DNA of 63,416 bases, filler included, from Reticulomyxa filosa (taxonomy: Eukaryota; Protista; Foraminifera): the NCBI GenBank assembly GCA_000512085.1. It is 17 parts of 17 records of this genome, joined end to end, with 100 filler letters (N's around TTAATTAATTAA, not from the genome) between each part and the next. Parts side by side here need not be neighbours in the genome. Positions count along the whole stretch, not along the records: positions 22,864 to 26,485 come from ASPP01025277.1; positions 26,586 to 27,710 come from ASPP01037513.1; positions 27,811 to 30,992 come from ASPP01007073.1; positions 31,093 to 34,861 come from ASPP01021435.1; positions 34,962 to 36,340 come from ASPP01024768.1; positions 36,441 to 37,812 come from ASPP01000512.1; 11 more parts are not named here. One strand, written 5' to 3'. Below are positions 26,369 to 37,812 of this stretch, piece by piece. The notes below the pieces were generated by a model. The model saw only the letters and a program-made list of their open reading frames with translations. It did no database searches and was not told where the DNA came from. The translations under genes and the position numbers were made by a program. Each line of letters begins with the position of its first letter. The stretch's first letter is position 1.

Positions 26369-27810
26369 CCCTTTTTTTTTTTTTTTTTTTTTGCAATAAT
26401 AATAATGATAACAAGAATGTCCGAAAGAGTGGTCACAATGTGGTTTATTACACACACACGCGCACATACATATCATATATACAATNNNNNNNNNNNNNNN
26501 NNNNNNNNNNNNNNNNNNNNNNNNNNNNNTTAATTAATTAANNNNNNNNNNNNNNNNNNNNNNNNNNNNNNNNNNNNNNNNNNNNGTATCGATATCATTT
26601 TTTTTTCTGTGTGGTATTTTGAAGTGTTTTTTTCTGGACCTTGACGCTACCCGACTACGAAAGAAAGTTTACCAAGAAAAAAAATGTCCAAGTTCAATTG
26701 AGGACATCTTTGTTCAACTATTCCGATGCCATCATATGATGGATATTCTCAAAATACGAAGTTCATCCACTATGATGAGGGACATACATTGGCGTTGGAT
26801 AATGGCCGTTCTTAATTTTTGCATCCATCACCATGAGTCCATTTGATAATATTTGGATTGGCAATTCAATGAGAGTACAATTAGTATTTCTTTCTTCATT
26901 GTTGGACGTATTCGTTCTTGAGTGCTATTGCTAAACGATTTTTGATCATTTTGTGATTCAAAATTTAAAACAATATCGACTCAAATCCAACTCCACTTGG
27001 CGATCTGCACTTTAATGTTCTCCAAGTACAAAGTATTGCGTCGCATCCCAACACGCCGTCTGTAGTTCTAGTCGACCTGGAGACCATCACTGCAAGAGTC
27101 GCGTACTTTGCGTCTATCGAATAAACGCCTATAATTTTTGCCAAACGGACTCAGAAAATGCGGACAGTTTTCTATCCATCTCCCTTTTCACCGATGTCAC
27201 TCGCAGGCTCAACATTCTTCCAATCGCAGCACACGTATAATTAAAAAGCAAATGCGCGAGTTTGCGTACGCACACGACCAGTTCCAACACGAGTAGCTAG
27301 CATCATTTCTATAACAAACGAGGTTCACTTGTTCATTGGAGTATGTAAATCGCGGTTTGGCGCAATCTTTGCGGATCATTGTTGGCGTGGCAGCCAGAGA
27401 CTTGTGCGAGCATATGTTAATGCTAAGTTTTTTTCAATTTTTTCCAGTTATCACCGCAAGACATTTCTACGAACTTTTCATTCTTTTATTGGCACATTCT
27501 ATTGGAAGGTAGTGAAGTCTGAAAACACGAAGTCCTCTCTCGCGGGCGTGAAGGGCCAGTACATAACCATACTAAGCAAATCTAGTGATAAGTTTTTTTT
27601 TTAAAAAAAGCAGATCCAATGCGATAATGTTTCGATATTCTCTTTTTCTTCATCCTCCTCATCACAATACTCTTCTTGGTTGCCAATGTATTGGCGGAGT
27701 TTCGCACAACNNNNNNNNNNNNNNNNNNNNNNNNNNNNNNNNNNNNNNNNNNNNTTAATTAATTAANNNNNNNNNNNNNNNNNNNNNNNNNNNNNNNNNN
27801 NNNNNNNNNN

Positions 27811-30800
27811 TTGTTGTTATTGTTGTTGTTGTTGCCACTGTTATTGTCATGTTTAATCATTCGCCAAAGTTTTCCCAACGATTCTGCCATCGTGTGATTG
27901 ATTTCTTTTTTTTTCGATTGCAAGGCGTTCAAAAGGAAACTAGGATCTTTGCGCAAAATATCAAACATGGTTGGAAACAATGATGGCCACGTCAACAGCA
28001 TCAGCATTAACAATTTCAGGGCATACACAATCCCGCAATACCTTGGTGCCGTGCAAGGAAAGTGCGGATCCACACTCACGCCTTTCAAGTAATGCAGCAC
28101 TTGCGACAACAACTCACCTGATTTCAATGACGCAACCAACGCATTACTGTATTTCGCACTAATTTCCACAAAAGTTGTTTTGGATTTTATTTTTTTTTGT
28201 CGCTGTTCTTGTTCTTGTTCTTGTCCTTGTCCTTGTTGCAGATTATCCTCCGCCTTTGTCACTTCACTTTTGGAATGTTCTTCTTTTTTTCTTCTACTTT
28301 TTCATCTTTTTCTTGTTTTTCTTCTTTTCGTTCTTGTTCTTGTTCTTGCTGTTCTCGTTGTGTTCCTTCTTCCTTCTTTTCTTCTTCTTTTTCATCGTCA
28401 TCGTCGTCGTCATCATCATCATCGTCATCATCTTCATCTTCATCTTCTTCTTCTTCCTCATTGTCATTATCATTTGTTTCTTTCTTCTCAATTTCATGTT
28501 TGTTGTCATCTTGCTGTTGATTTGATTCCGCCGTGGGAGTATACAAATCGATCAAAATGGGCGAAACTTTCTTAATGTCGCGTTCGAAAAGTATTTCCAA
28601 TTGCGTTGCCAAATTGTTGTCTTCACTTGTCCACAATCCATTGCTATTTGTTTCTTCCTGCTCGCGCTCGACTCCAAACCAGTCCACGTCATCCAACAGC
28701 TCGCGATCCTTGTGGTTGTTATCCTTTTCGGCGAGTTTTTTGTCGTTTCTTTTGATCCGCATTCCCAGCCGTAGTTTGCGAATCCTTTTTCCAATGGCAC
28801 TCACATGTGGACAGCTCTCCACCGCGTTCAACAGCAATATGTAAATTACGTCCAACAACAGTACCAACGCATACTGTCGCGTCTCTTTCTTTAGCTTCAC
28901 GCTCATTGATATGTCAGCGTTAGTGTCATCAGTTTGGCCATAGTTCAATTGCTGAAACACATGAACCAAATGTGCAAATCCATTTTTCTCCAAAAACGTG
29001 TTGCACCATTGCGACTTGTTTTGCTGTTTGCCGCCATTGCGCATGGCCGTGGAACTTGTGAGATACGACTCGCACCACAACAGCGAGTACACCAAACGAA
29101 AGAAGTTACTGACAGGGAATAATTGCTTCCAATCGTCTTCGTTGTGGATGTCGTCCAAAGTGGAGAGGCTGTCGCGCAGCTTTACATTCGTTGGCAAGCG
29201 AAGTATCAATTCCCAAGCGATGGACAGCACAAGAGGGTCATTCAGGCTCAAACAATGATTGAATAAATAATCGAAATACTTATCCACACAAATTGCAAAC
29301 GTATACAGTTATTAACCCCCCCCCTTATTCAATGTATCAATAAAAAAAAAGTACTTTTTTTAAAAAAATGAATATACGTATGAGCATATAACTTCGTCTT
29401 CATATGCAAATATAAAACGGGGCAAATGTTGTGGGACGGATGTCAACAAGTCAACATTTTGCTGCCTCGCGACTTCTTCCAGAGTCAGGTCATATCGATA
29501 GTGAAACACAGTAAAGTCATTCCACACGTGTTCAGGCCGCTCAATTGCAGCTTGGCGATAAAATCCCAAAAAACCATTGAGGTCCAAACGGTCTTCCTTT
29601 TCTCCAAACTGTCTGCAAATGTTTTGAATTCGTAATTTATTTGCAGACGCTTCGCCAGCGCCACATGCCAAAATATAGTCGCGCATGTCTCCGTGAGACA
29701 TGCTTCCATCTGCATTTCGGGCAAACTTTTTGAACATGGTTTCCAATGCTATGCGAGCAGGCTTGATCAATTCGCACACGCCGTCATTGGTAATCAAGGA
29801 GATTCTCATTGAGTTGTAATTTTTCAAACACAGAAACAGACTACTGCCATCGTGAATATTCAATGAACCGATGGTACACCAATTGTAGCGTTCATGCAAA
29901 ATGCCTTCTAAGATCAAATCGATAGTTTCGGGGAAGCGGTTCAATTGCTTGGCAAGAATGCAACGCAAGTCCCACAAGGTGTCATTTTGATAGACGGTGA
30001 TCCACATCGAAGAAGGGGCGCGATAGCGATTCACGTAAGTTTTATCCAAAACTTTCAATTTCAATTTGTTGCCACGGGATAGCGCATTGTGCGAAGGATA
30101 CTTTCCAAGCCCACGCAATTCTGTGACATTCAAGATTTGCTGAAGTAAATAGAACATTTGCAGACACGGCTCTCGGTTTTGATCGCATGGATTTGCTTCG
30201 AATAATCGAATGGCTGTTTTCAGTTGTTCCATCGCTTGACGCAAAATATCGGCGCGAATGTGTTTGATCTGCGATTTCAAAGAGATATCCACTCGATTGT
30301 GAATGAGACTGAGCAATTCAATAGCCTTCTCTCCAATCTTGCCACGAGCGTGTAAAGTGATTGTCCACAGTAGATCTTTGCCCAACAAAGACTGGAAGTC
30401 GGTGACACAAAGCAACTTTTCGCTATCGACAAATTTGATATAACCCTTGTCTTGATTGACAAATAAAAAGAGCTCTTCAAACGACTCGTAATAAGGAGTG
30501 TGATTGGTGTTTGTATTTGCTGTTTCAAAAACTTGTTCACAAATAACTCTGCACAAGCCTCGTGTGGTAACACCGGCCTTTGTTTCAATTTCGCTACCAC
30601 TTTTTGAAACCATTGAAATACTTCGTCTCGTTCCTCGATCGTCAATGCATTCGCGATCAATCCGTCCCATATCCAATCTATGTGCTGCTTTTTCAATTGC
30701 AGCTTCGATTCCGCGAGTATGAACAGCAAACATTTCAGTCGTTGTTGTATTTCTTCCATGTACGTGAATCGTGACTTGTTCACATTCTTGCTTTGATTTT

Positions 30801-30950
30801 TGTCGTCAGTGTCGTCCCCGTTCGTCTCTTCACGTCTGCGATGCGTCGTCTGTTGTTTCCAATGCGCAAAATCGTCTATTATGCATTTGAAAATGTCGAA
30901 TTGCTGATCCAATTGTTGTATCACTTCCCACCGTACAATCGCATCATCAT
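27811..30950 (-). CDS. USP9X/USP24/USP34-like deubiquitinase, N-terminal solenoid region (catalytic domain not in contig)
   Basis: YMEEIQQRLKCLLFIL, IDWIWDGL, RDEVFQWF, LGKDLLWTITL, a Ubl-like segment (VYQNDTLWDLRCILA) and AWELILRLPTN resemble this family; homopolymer frameshifts near 30500 and 28285. Confidence 0.72.
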
Positions 30951-32743
30951 TGTTATTGTTATTGTTATTGTTATTGTTATTATTATTATTATNNNNNNNN
31001 NNNNNNNNNNNNNNNNNNNNNNNNNNNNNNNNNNNNTTAATTAATTAANNNNNNNNNNNNNNNNNNNNNNNNNNNNNNNNNNNNNNNNNNNNTTTTTTTT
31101 CAAATCATTGAAATATAAACTTTCAAACTTTACACGAATTGCAATTTGTATTATTCAAGATAGGGTGATGGTAAATGTGCAACAAATACTTGAATTGAAG
31201 CGAAGATCACTTCGTTGTCTTAGTCATATCCATTACATGTTTATTCTTGGATTTTGTTTTATGGTTAGTGGAATTCATATTTTTCAAGTGTTAAATTTTG
31301 TAACCACTACAAACTGCCGTAAATATTTAAAGACTCACAACTTTAAAGTGTAACAGGACTGCGTAAATGCATCCCAAAGCGAGGGAAAAGTGGATCATCC
31401 ACAAACTAAACCACTCATAGGACAACACCATTTCAAAATAAAGGAACAAGATTTTGCTCTTTATTATTGATATTTACGTCTAAAATTAATGTGTGTTATA
31501 TAATTAAGCAAAATACTGATAGTTGTCTGTCGACAAAAAACAAGTAAAACATATACAGTTAAAATTTTATCATTGATGATACTTTTTTAGTATTTTCGTG
31601 TGACTAATACATGCTAGCCAACGGCTTCATTGCAGTCAAAAAGTTTTGAAATATTGTCCACAAAAATTATAACATCGCACTATTGTTCCTTCTAATTCAG
31701 ATATTTTTTTTATGATGATATGCTTTCATTTGTGGATATTCAGTAAATCTATGTGAAATCAGTGATGAACAAAGAAAAGTACTACTGATTTGATTTTGCA
31801 CAATAGTGGATCCGACATATAAAATATAAATATTTTTTAGTGAAGAATTAATTGAACAGATAAATCTAAGTATAATGTCAAATATTGAAATCTTTGTTAG
31901 CAAGCAAATGTATCTTTTGATTGAAATTATTAAATAATAATATTTCGAACATACGTAAAAATTTGAAATCAATTTTTTCTAACTTTTGTTTACACTTTTC
32001 CAATTTCGATATGTTTTGTTATAAAAAGTGTGATGTATGTTATTCAAATAGGACATATAATTAATTTTCAAAATCGAGTATATTCAATAAAAATAGAACC
32101 AATTGTTGCCCAAGTCAAGGGCATTATATTTATGTTGTTTTTTTTTTAAAGTAATATTCATAATAGATAGCACAAAGAAAAAGATTAATTATATACCCTT
32201 TTCATTTTACATGTGTCACACTTCTTTTTTTCTTTTTTGAGAGTTACAAAATATTTTTTGTATTGCGACATTCTTCAATATTTGTTGTAACTTATTTTGG
32301 TTTTGATGCTTCAATCTGATGCATTAATTTTTATAAAATTAAATACAGCAATCAAACTGGACTTTGTCAAATTCTTTCTGGTAAAAGAGATCTGAGGATT
32401 GTAATCATGACTTTATATGGCCATCTTGAAATAACTGATTGTGAAAAAAGAGAAAACAGTTTTGCAGAAAAACGGGTGCGATTAAATGTAATATGAAAGA
32501 AACTTTGGTTGCTTATGATATATAAAAAATGTTCTCTTTCGAAACTGTTGGGTCACTAGTTAAAGAAAATATTTTAACCTTGTCAAACATACCACAAAGC
32601 ATTATCAGCATGCAGAGGGGTTTGTGTTAATTAATTCAATAAAAAAATGGATCAATAAAAAAGCGATTTCCTCCACTTTTTGGAGCCAAGTGTTGTGATA
32701 TTATAGAAAGAAAAGACGTCATTGAGAGCAAAGATGAAACGAA

Positions 32744-34096
32744 TTACTTTCCTATGGGCGTCCTTGTTTTGTAAGTGATCAACGGCTTCAAAACGGCAAC
32801 CACGTCAACCAAGTCAAAATGTTTCAAATCTTCAATGACATCATCTACATTTTTGTATGCTTGTGGCGCTTCTTCGTACATGAGCTCCTTATTTTCACAA
32901 ATAACAATGCTTCGAAATTTGTCAGTGCGACTTAAAGACTTGGGATTTGGATACCATCGACTCATTTTTTTTTGTGCTTTGCTTCGCATCCATTGTCGCC
33001 TTTATTGAGAAAACACACAAGCTAAAGTAAGTGCAATGTATAATATACACATTATGTTATGTAGTACTGTGAGTTGACATACCCAGCTCCATGAGCAACT
33101 GAGAATCCGCTATAACTCTTTGGTTTGGGTTTGACAACATATGAAAAGGAACCTCTCGATCCCGGGATAACAATAAACCCTTGGTCCGACGGAGCTGCGC
33201 CTTTCCGATGAATGAACCAGCAGTCATCTTTTTGTTTATTCACTGCGTCCTTGTTTGCGTCAGATTCAACAGATTGAGGATCGTTGGCTTTGATCTCCGC
33301 ATTTTCGTGTCGATTTGCACTTGTTTCGTTGGTTGCCACCAATCCATTATTTTTATCTTTTTCGTCGTCATTTTTGTCAACATTCACATTTTTGTCGTCT
33401 TTTTCACTTTTTTCATTGTTTGTTGTCTTTTTCGTTTTTTCATTTTCTTTTTCTTTTTCGTCATTGATTTTGACATTGACAGCAGCAGTGTTATTACGAT
33501 TACTTTCATGTTCGTGTTCCTCATTTTCATCGTCATCATCGTCATCATCGTCATCATCGTCATCATCATCATCATCATCGTCATCATCATCATCATCATT
33601 ACCGACCTCTTCCGCAAATCGAACTCTTTTTTTGCCTTTTGAACTGGGACGTTCCGGGGATTCGTTTGCGTCGTTTTTGGAAGGAATGACCAGACTTGGT
33701 TTAAGCTCCTCGTTAAAGTTTTTGAATTGATATGCAGGCTTCAAGCAAACGTAATTGTGGAAAATGTCGATAATCATTTGCACTTTTGGCCAAAATGTCC
33801 ATATTCAAGTCTTGCAAAAAGCGCTTTGCAATTAAAAAGCGATTGCGCTTTGCCCATTGCAACGCATTGTCGTGAAGCATCATATACTTGGCATACGCCT
33901 CCGAAGTCGCCTCCAGTCCTTTCGTATTGAACTCGGATATGTGTCGATCGAGAATATAATCGCCCAAGCCTCGTGACCCGCTGTGAATCATTAAGTAGCA
34001 GCTGTCCTTGTCCAATCCCAACTCCAATCCTAATTCCACATTTTCGATCCTTTCCACGCATTGCAACTCCGCAAAATGGTTGCCATGGCCAATTGT

Positions 34097-34135
<39 letters not shown>

Positions 34136-34850
34136 AATTTCATATTTTGTTATTTTCTTTTTTACAAAAAAAAAAAAGAGGTAATAATTGTAAGATAGAC
34201 ATATATCCTTGCACAAAAGCAAAAAATTTACATATATACGTATACACATATACATGTATGTATATGTATATGTTATATAAAATGAACCTAATCCGTCATT
34301 GAAATGAGACAGATCCAACCCAATTTGTTTTGCGGCGTTGATATCGCAAGGCGGACAATCAGGAGAGCCGACAGGCCACTGCTTCAAAGGCTTGGCGAGC
34401 AGCTGTTGTATAAAGTGTTCGATGTGTGCAGTGGAGCCGTGCGAATCGGCGCAGTAGTTTTTGAAAGGTCCGTCCAAGTGCTTCAGCTGCGATGCCAGAC
34501 GAGTGATCTTTTGTTCGGAGACGCCGTTGGCGTCCAAAGGGATTTGAATCAAGCTCATTCCGCAGCCAATGTCATTGCCGACCAAATAAGGATAGATGAT
34601 CCCTTGGCTCACCAACGTCGCCCCAATCGGATAGCCTTTGCCGGGATGTAAGTCGGGCTGTCCGATTGACATTTTCATTCCTTCCAATTTCGCACACTGT
34701 TCCAATTGATAGCTGGCGTCGCGCGTGTAATGTGAGGCTCGAGAGATCACTCGGGTCACACATTGCTGCGCTTGCTTTATGTGCAATTCGCTTGTCGTGT
34801 TGACTGCACCAACAAAGTCTTCGCCTGTACTTACGCTTATTGTCAATTCT
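32744..34850 (-). CDS. rtcB: RtcB-family RNA ligase, RtcB2 (release factor H-coupled/YkfJ-like) subtype, at least 3 exons, 5' truncated
   Basis: Exons ~34850-34288, 34098-33083 and 32999-32744 give PDLHPGKGYPIG, LVGNDIGCGM, LG|TIGHGNHFAELQ, IHSGSRGLG, HNYV, HRKGA, IPGSRG, AHGAG|R and EEAPQAYK. One extra base in the T4 run at 33784-33787. Confidence 0.93.
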
Positions 34851-35223
34851 TTTTTTTTTTTNNNNNNNNNNNNNNNNNNNNNNNNNNNNNNNNNNNNNNN
34901 NNNNNTTAATTAATTAANNNNNNNNNNNNNNNNNNNNNNNNNNNNNNNNNNNNNNNNNNNNTTTTTTTTTTTCATTTAGTTGAAGTATTAAAAAAATGTT
35001 AATGTTAATGTAAACTTTAACACTTTTTTATTTCTAAAAAGAATTTTTTTAATCGTAATTACATTGAGTTAACACAGTCTTGTTTTGTGTACAGAGAACT
35101 AGTTTCAGATTCTATCCAACAATTATTCGTTTTGCAATCGTAATGATACGAAAGTATTGAACGTAACATTTTTTTGTTTGTATTGTGCGGAATGAAGCGA
35201 TTTCTTATTCAAACAAAGCGAGA

Positions 35224-36160
35224 TTAAGGCAATTTGTAGCTATTGTCAATTTTCTCTTTCAATTTCAACACTTGCACCAATTCCGTGCTTCTCTTTTGAT
35301 ACTCAAACATAGGTTTCAACACCAAGACAATTTCACCTACAATGCCAATTGCCTCCTTGTCCTTTTGTTCCACAGAGATGATCACATTCCATTTCATATC
35401 CACATAGGCAGCGGGGATAGTTAATTTGGTTTTGCTTACTTCGCGATAATGCTTTCCTTTTTTTCATTTCAGCAAATTGATTCAAGCATCTCATTAAAGA
35501 CAGTTTTGGAGCTGTCGAAGCATTGGCGTTGGCATGGTCCGTTTCAAGATCATCGGTTTTGGATAATGTTTCCACGCCTTTCCAATAGTCTTCAATCGAC
35601 GAAAATGTTAAGGTGCATCTTACCATATCCACCACTTGGGCCGTCGTGGGGAATTGGCTATCGCGAAAATAATTGAACGCGTTGGACCGTTTTCACTGGC
35701 CCAGTAGTGAATTTCGTCAGTTTCTTTTCCAATTGCTTTTGGAAGGGCTCATTCAACGAATGCACAGCTGCGACACGTAATTGTTATAATCATATTCGTA
35801 CTTTGCGTCGTAATTGTACGACTTGCTCATCAGTGACACTTGTTGCAATTCTGTGGATTCCACGTCACATTGTAATCCTTCCGGAATCGTGTCCTGTCGG
35901 ATTTGTTGCTTGCCACGGTACATTGGATTTTTATACTGATACTCGGTGATCTTTTGCCAGCATTGCTCACTCTTGTCGTTCTCTTCTATTAGCGATTTCA
36001 TCACTTGCTCCAATATGTTGCTTCCATGATTCATTTCCTCTTTCGCTATCGCGTGCAACTCATCCAACATTAATCCACTTGCTGTTGTCATCGCTCTCAC
36101 TCTTCTTGTCCTTCTCATTGTCTTTCGTTTTCTTTCTCTTCTTCTTCCACTTTCTCTTCT
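35224..36160 (-). pseudogene. Degenerate RelA/SpoT-synthetase-like nucleotidyltransferase-fold domain (frameshifted)
   Basis: Across frames: LNEPFQ...GPVKTVQR...YFRDSQFPTTAQVVDMVRCTLTF...AYVDMKWNVII...IVGEIVL; motif order matches Rel/Spo-like synthetase folds but about three frame breaks are needed. Confidence 0.5.
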
Positions 36161-36702
36161 GTTTGCACACACAAACACATTTTTGCTAAGCATGCCAATG
36201 TTGACGTAACAAAACAAAACATGAAGAATATGTAATGTATATAGATGTATCTGTACGTCGTGCATTTGCCACAAATTTGCTGTGTACATATATACGTATA
36301 TGCGTATATGTGGTTGGTGATGACAATATTTATTATTATTNNNNNNNNNNNNNNNNNNNNNNNNNNNNNNNNNNNNNNNNNNNNTTAATTAATTAANNNN
36401 NNNNNNNNNNNNNNNNNNNNNNNNNNNNNNNNNNNNNNNNAGTCTCATGTTTAACAATAAATGTTTTATCTACTTTCTCACGTGATTTCAGTAATTAGAA
36501 TATAGTATCTTTTTTAATTTTAATAACTTTTAAAGTTAATTTTTTTTTCAAATAGTGTAATTTTTGTACTAAAAAAAATTAAAGTTGGTCCAACAAAACT
36601 TCCTTAGTTCAAAAAAACTCAAAAAAAAAAACAACTCCAGAATTAATTCTTTTACATCATCTACTTAAGAAACCAAGAACTAAAAGAAAAAAACTGAGTA
36701 AG

Positions 36703-37812
36703 ATGGAAGAAGAAAAAAGCAAAGACAAGGCGAAACTGGACTTGAAGTCAATTACTGAACAACAGATTTGCTTTGACAAAAATTGGATTTTACAATCGAA
36801 CAAACAGGAATCCATTCGCAACTTTATTTGTTTGATTTGCAAACAAGTCGCCAACAATCCAATGGAAATTAATTGCACTCAACATGAAAACATTGATGAA
36901 CCATTGATTGTTGGAGAAAATTGCTTGAATCAATTTCTTAATCAAAACCCAAATTCTTGTCCAGTCGAACCTCACGAAAACTGTTTGTATTCTCAAAATC
37001 GAATGGCGAAACGATACATCAATGAATTGGATGTGATATGTCCACGACAATTTCAACAAGAACAGCAACAACTACAAATGTCAACACAACAAGGGCATGA
37101 AGAAGGAGAAACACCGGGAATTGTTACTTGTAATTTCAAAGGAGAAGTGAAACATGTGAATGATCATTTGGAACATTCTTGCTGTTTACAAATGGTTAGA
37201 TGTTGGTTCAAGTCATTTGGATGCAACCACAAATGTTTAAAATTTGCGATTGATGATCATTTAACATCAAATATGAAATTACATTTTGATTTGGTGATCA
37301 AATCATTTGATGCATTACAACAAGATATTCGACAATATAAGGTATATTGATGATTTTAGCAACAAAAAAAATCTATGATCATTTTGAAAAAAAAATAAAA
37401 ATAGGAAGAAATTAATAAATTAAATTTGGAAAATGAAACATTTAAAATGAAAAGTAAAAAAGATGAAAAGATTTCACATTTGAAACAACAATTGGATCAA
37501 TATCAAAAAGACAATATAAAATTAATCTCTGCTCAGGCTTGTTATATTTTATTTTTGTTTTCATTTCATTCAAAAATATAAAAAGCAAATAATAATAATA
37601 ATTAAACAGAAAACATTGATTGAAATTGAAAAATTAAAAAAAGATATCGAATCAAAAGAAAATGAAATTCAAATAATAAAACAAGAAATTCAATTCAAAC
37701 AAAAACAAATTATTCAACAAATTCATGAAAATAAAGAAGAACAAAAACAAAATATTATTCGTCATAACTCATCATCATCAATTATTAACACATCATCCAC
37801 TTTAGATTTTCA
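36703..37812 (+). CDS. RING-like/TRAF-type zinc finger plus coiled-coil protein, 3' truncated
   Basis: FICLICKQVANNP...CPVEPHENC...LDVICPR...CNFKGEVKHVNDHLEHSC...CWFKSFGCNHKC...HL...H, followed by coiled-coil exons. Confidence 0.8.

Noticed and set aside
28175-28575. Plus-strand poly-F/S/H/C ORFs (similar ones at 33181-33730 and, on the minus strand, 48646-49043)
   Set aside because: Antisense shadows of trinucleotide low-complexity tracts in the real gene on the opposite strand.
20063-37812. Apparent defence island (RNF213-like, USP, RtcB2, Rel/Spo-like, TRAF in series)
   Set aside because: Each gene is on a separate contig joined by artificial spacers; adjacency is not evidence of linkage.
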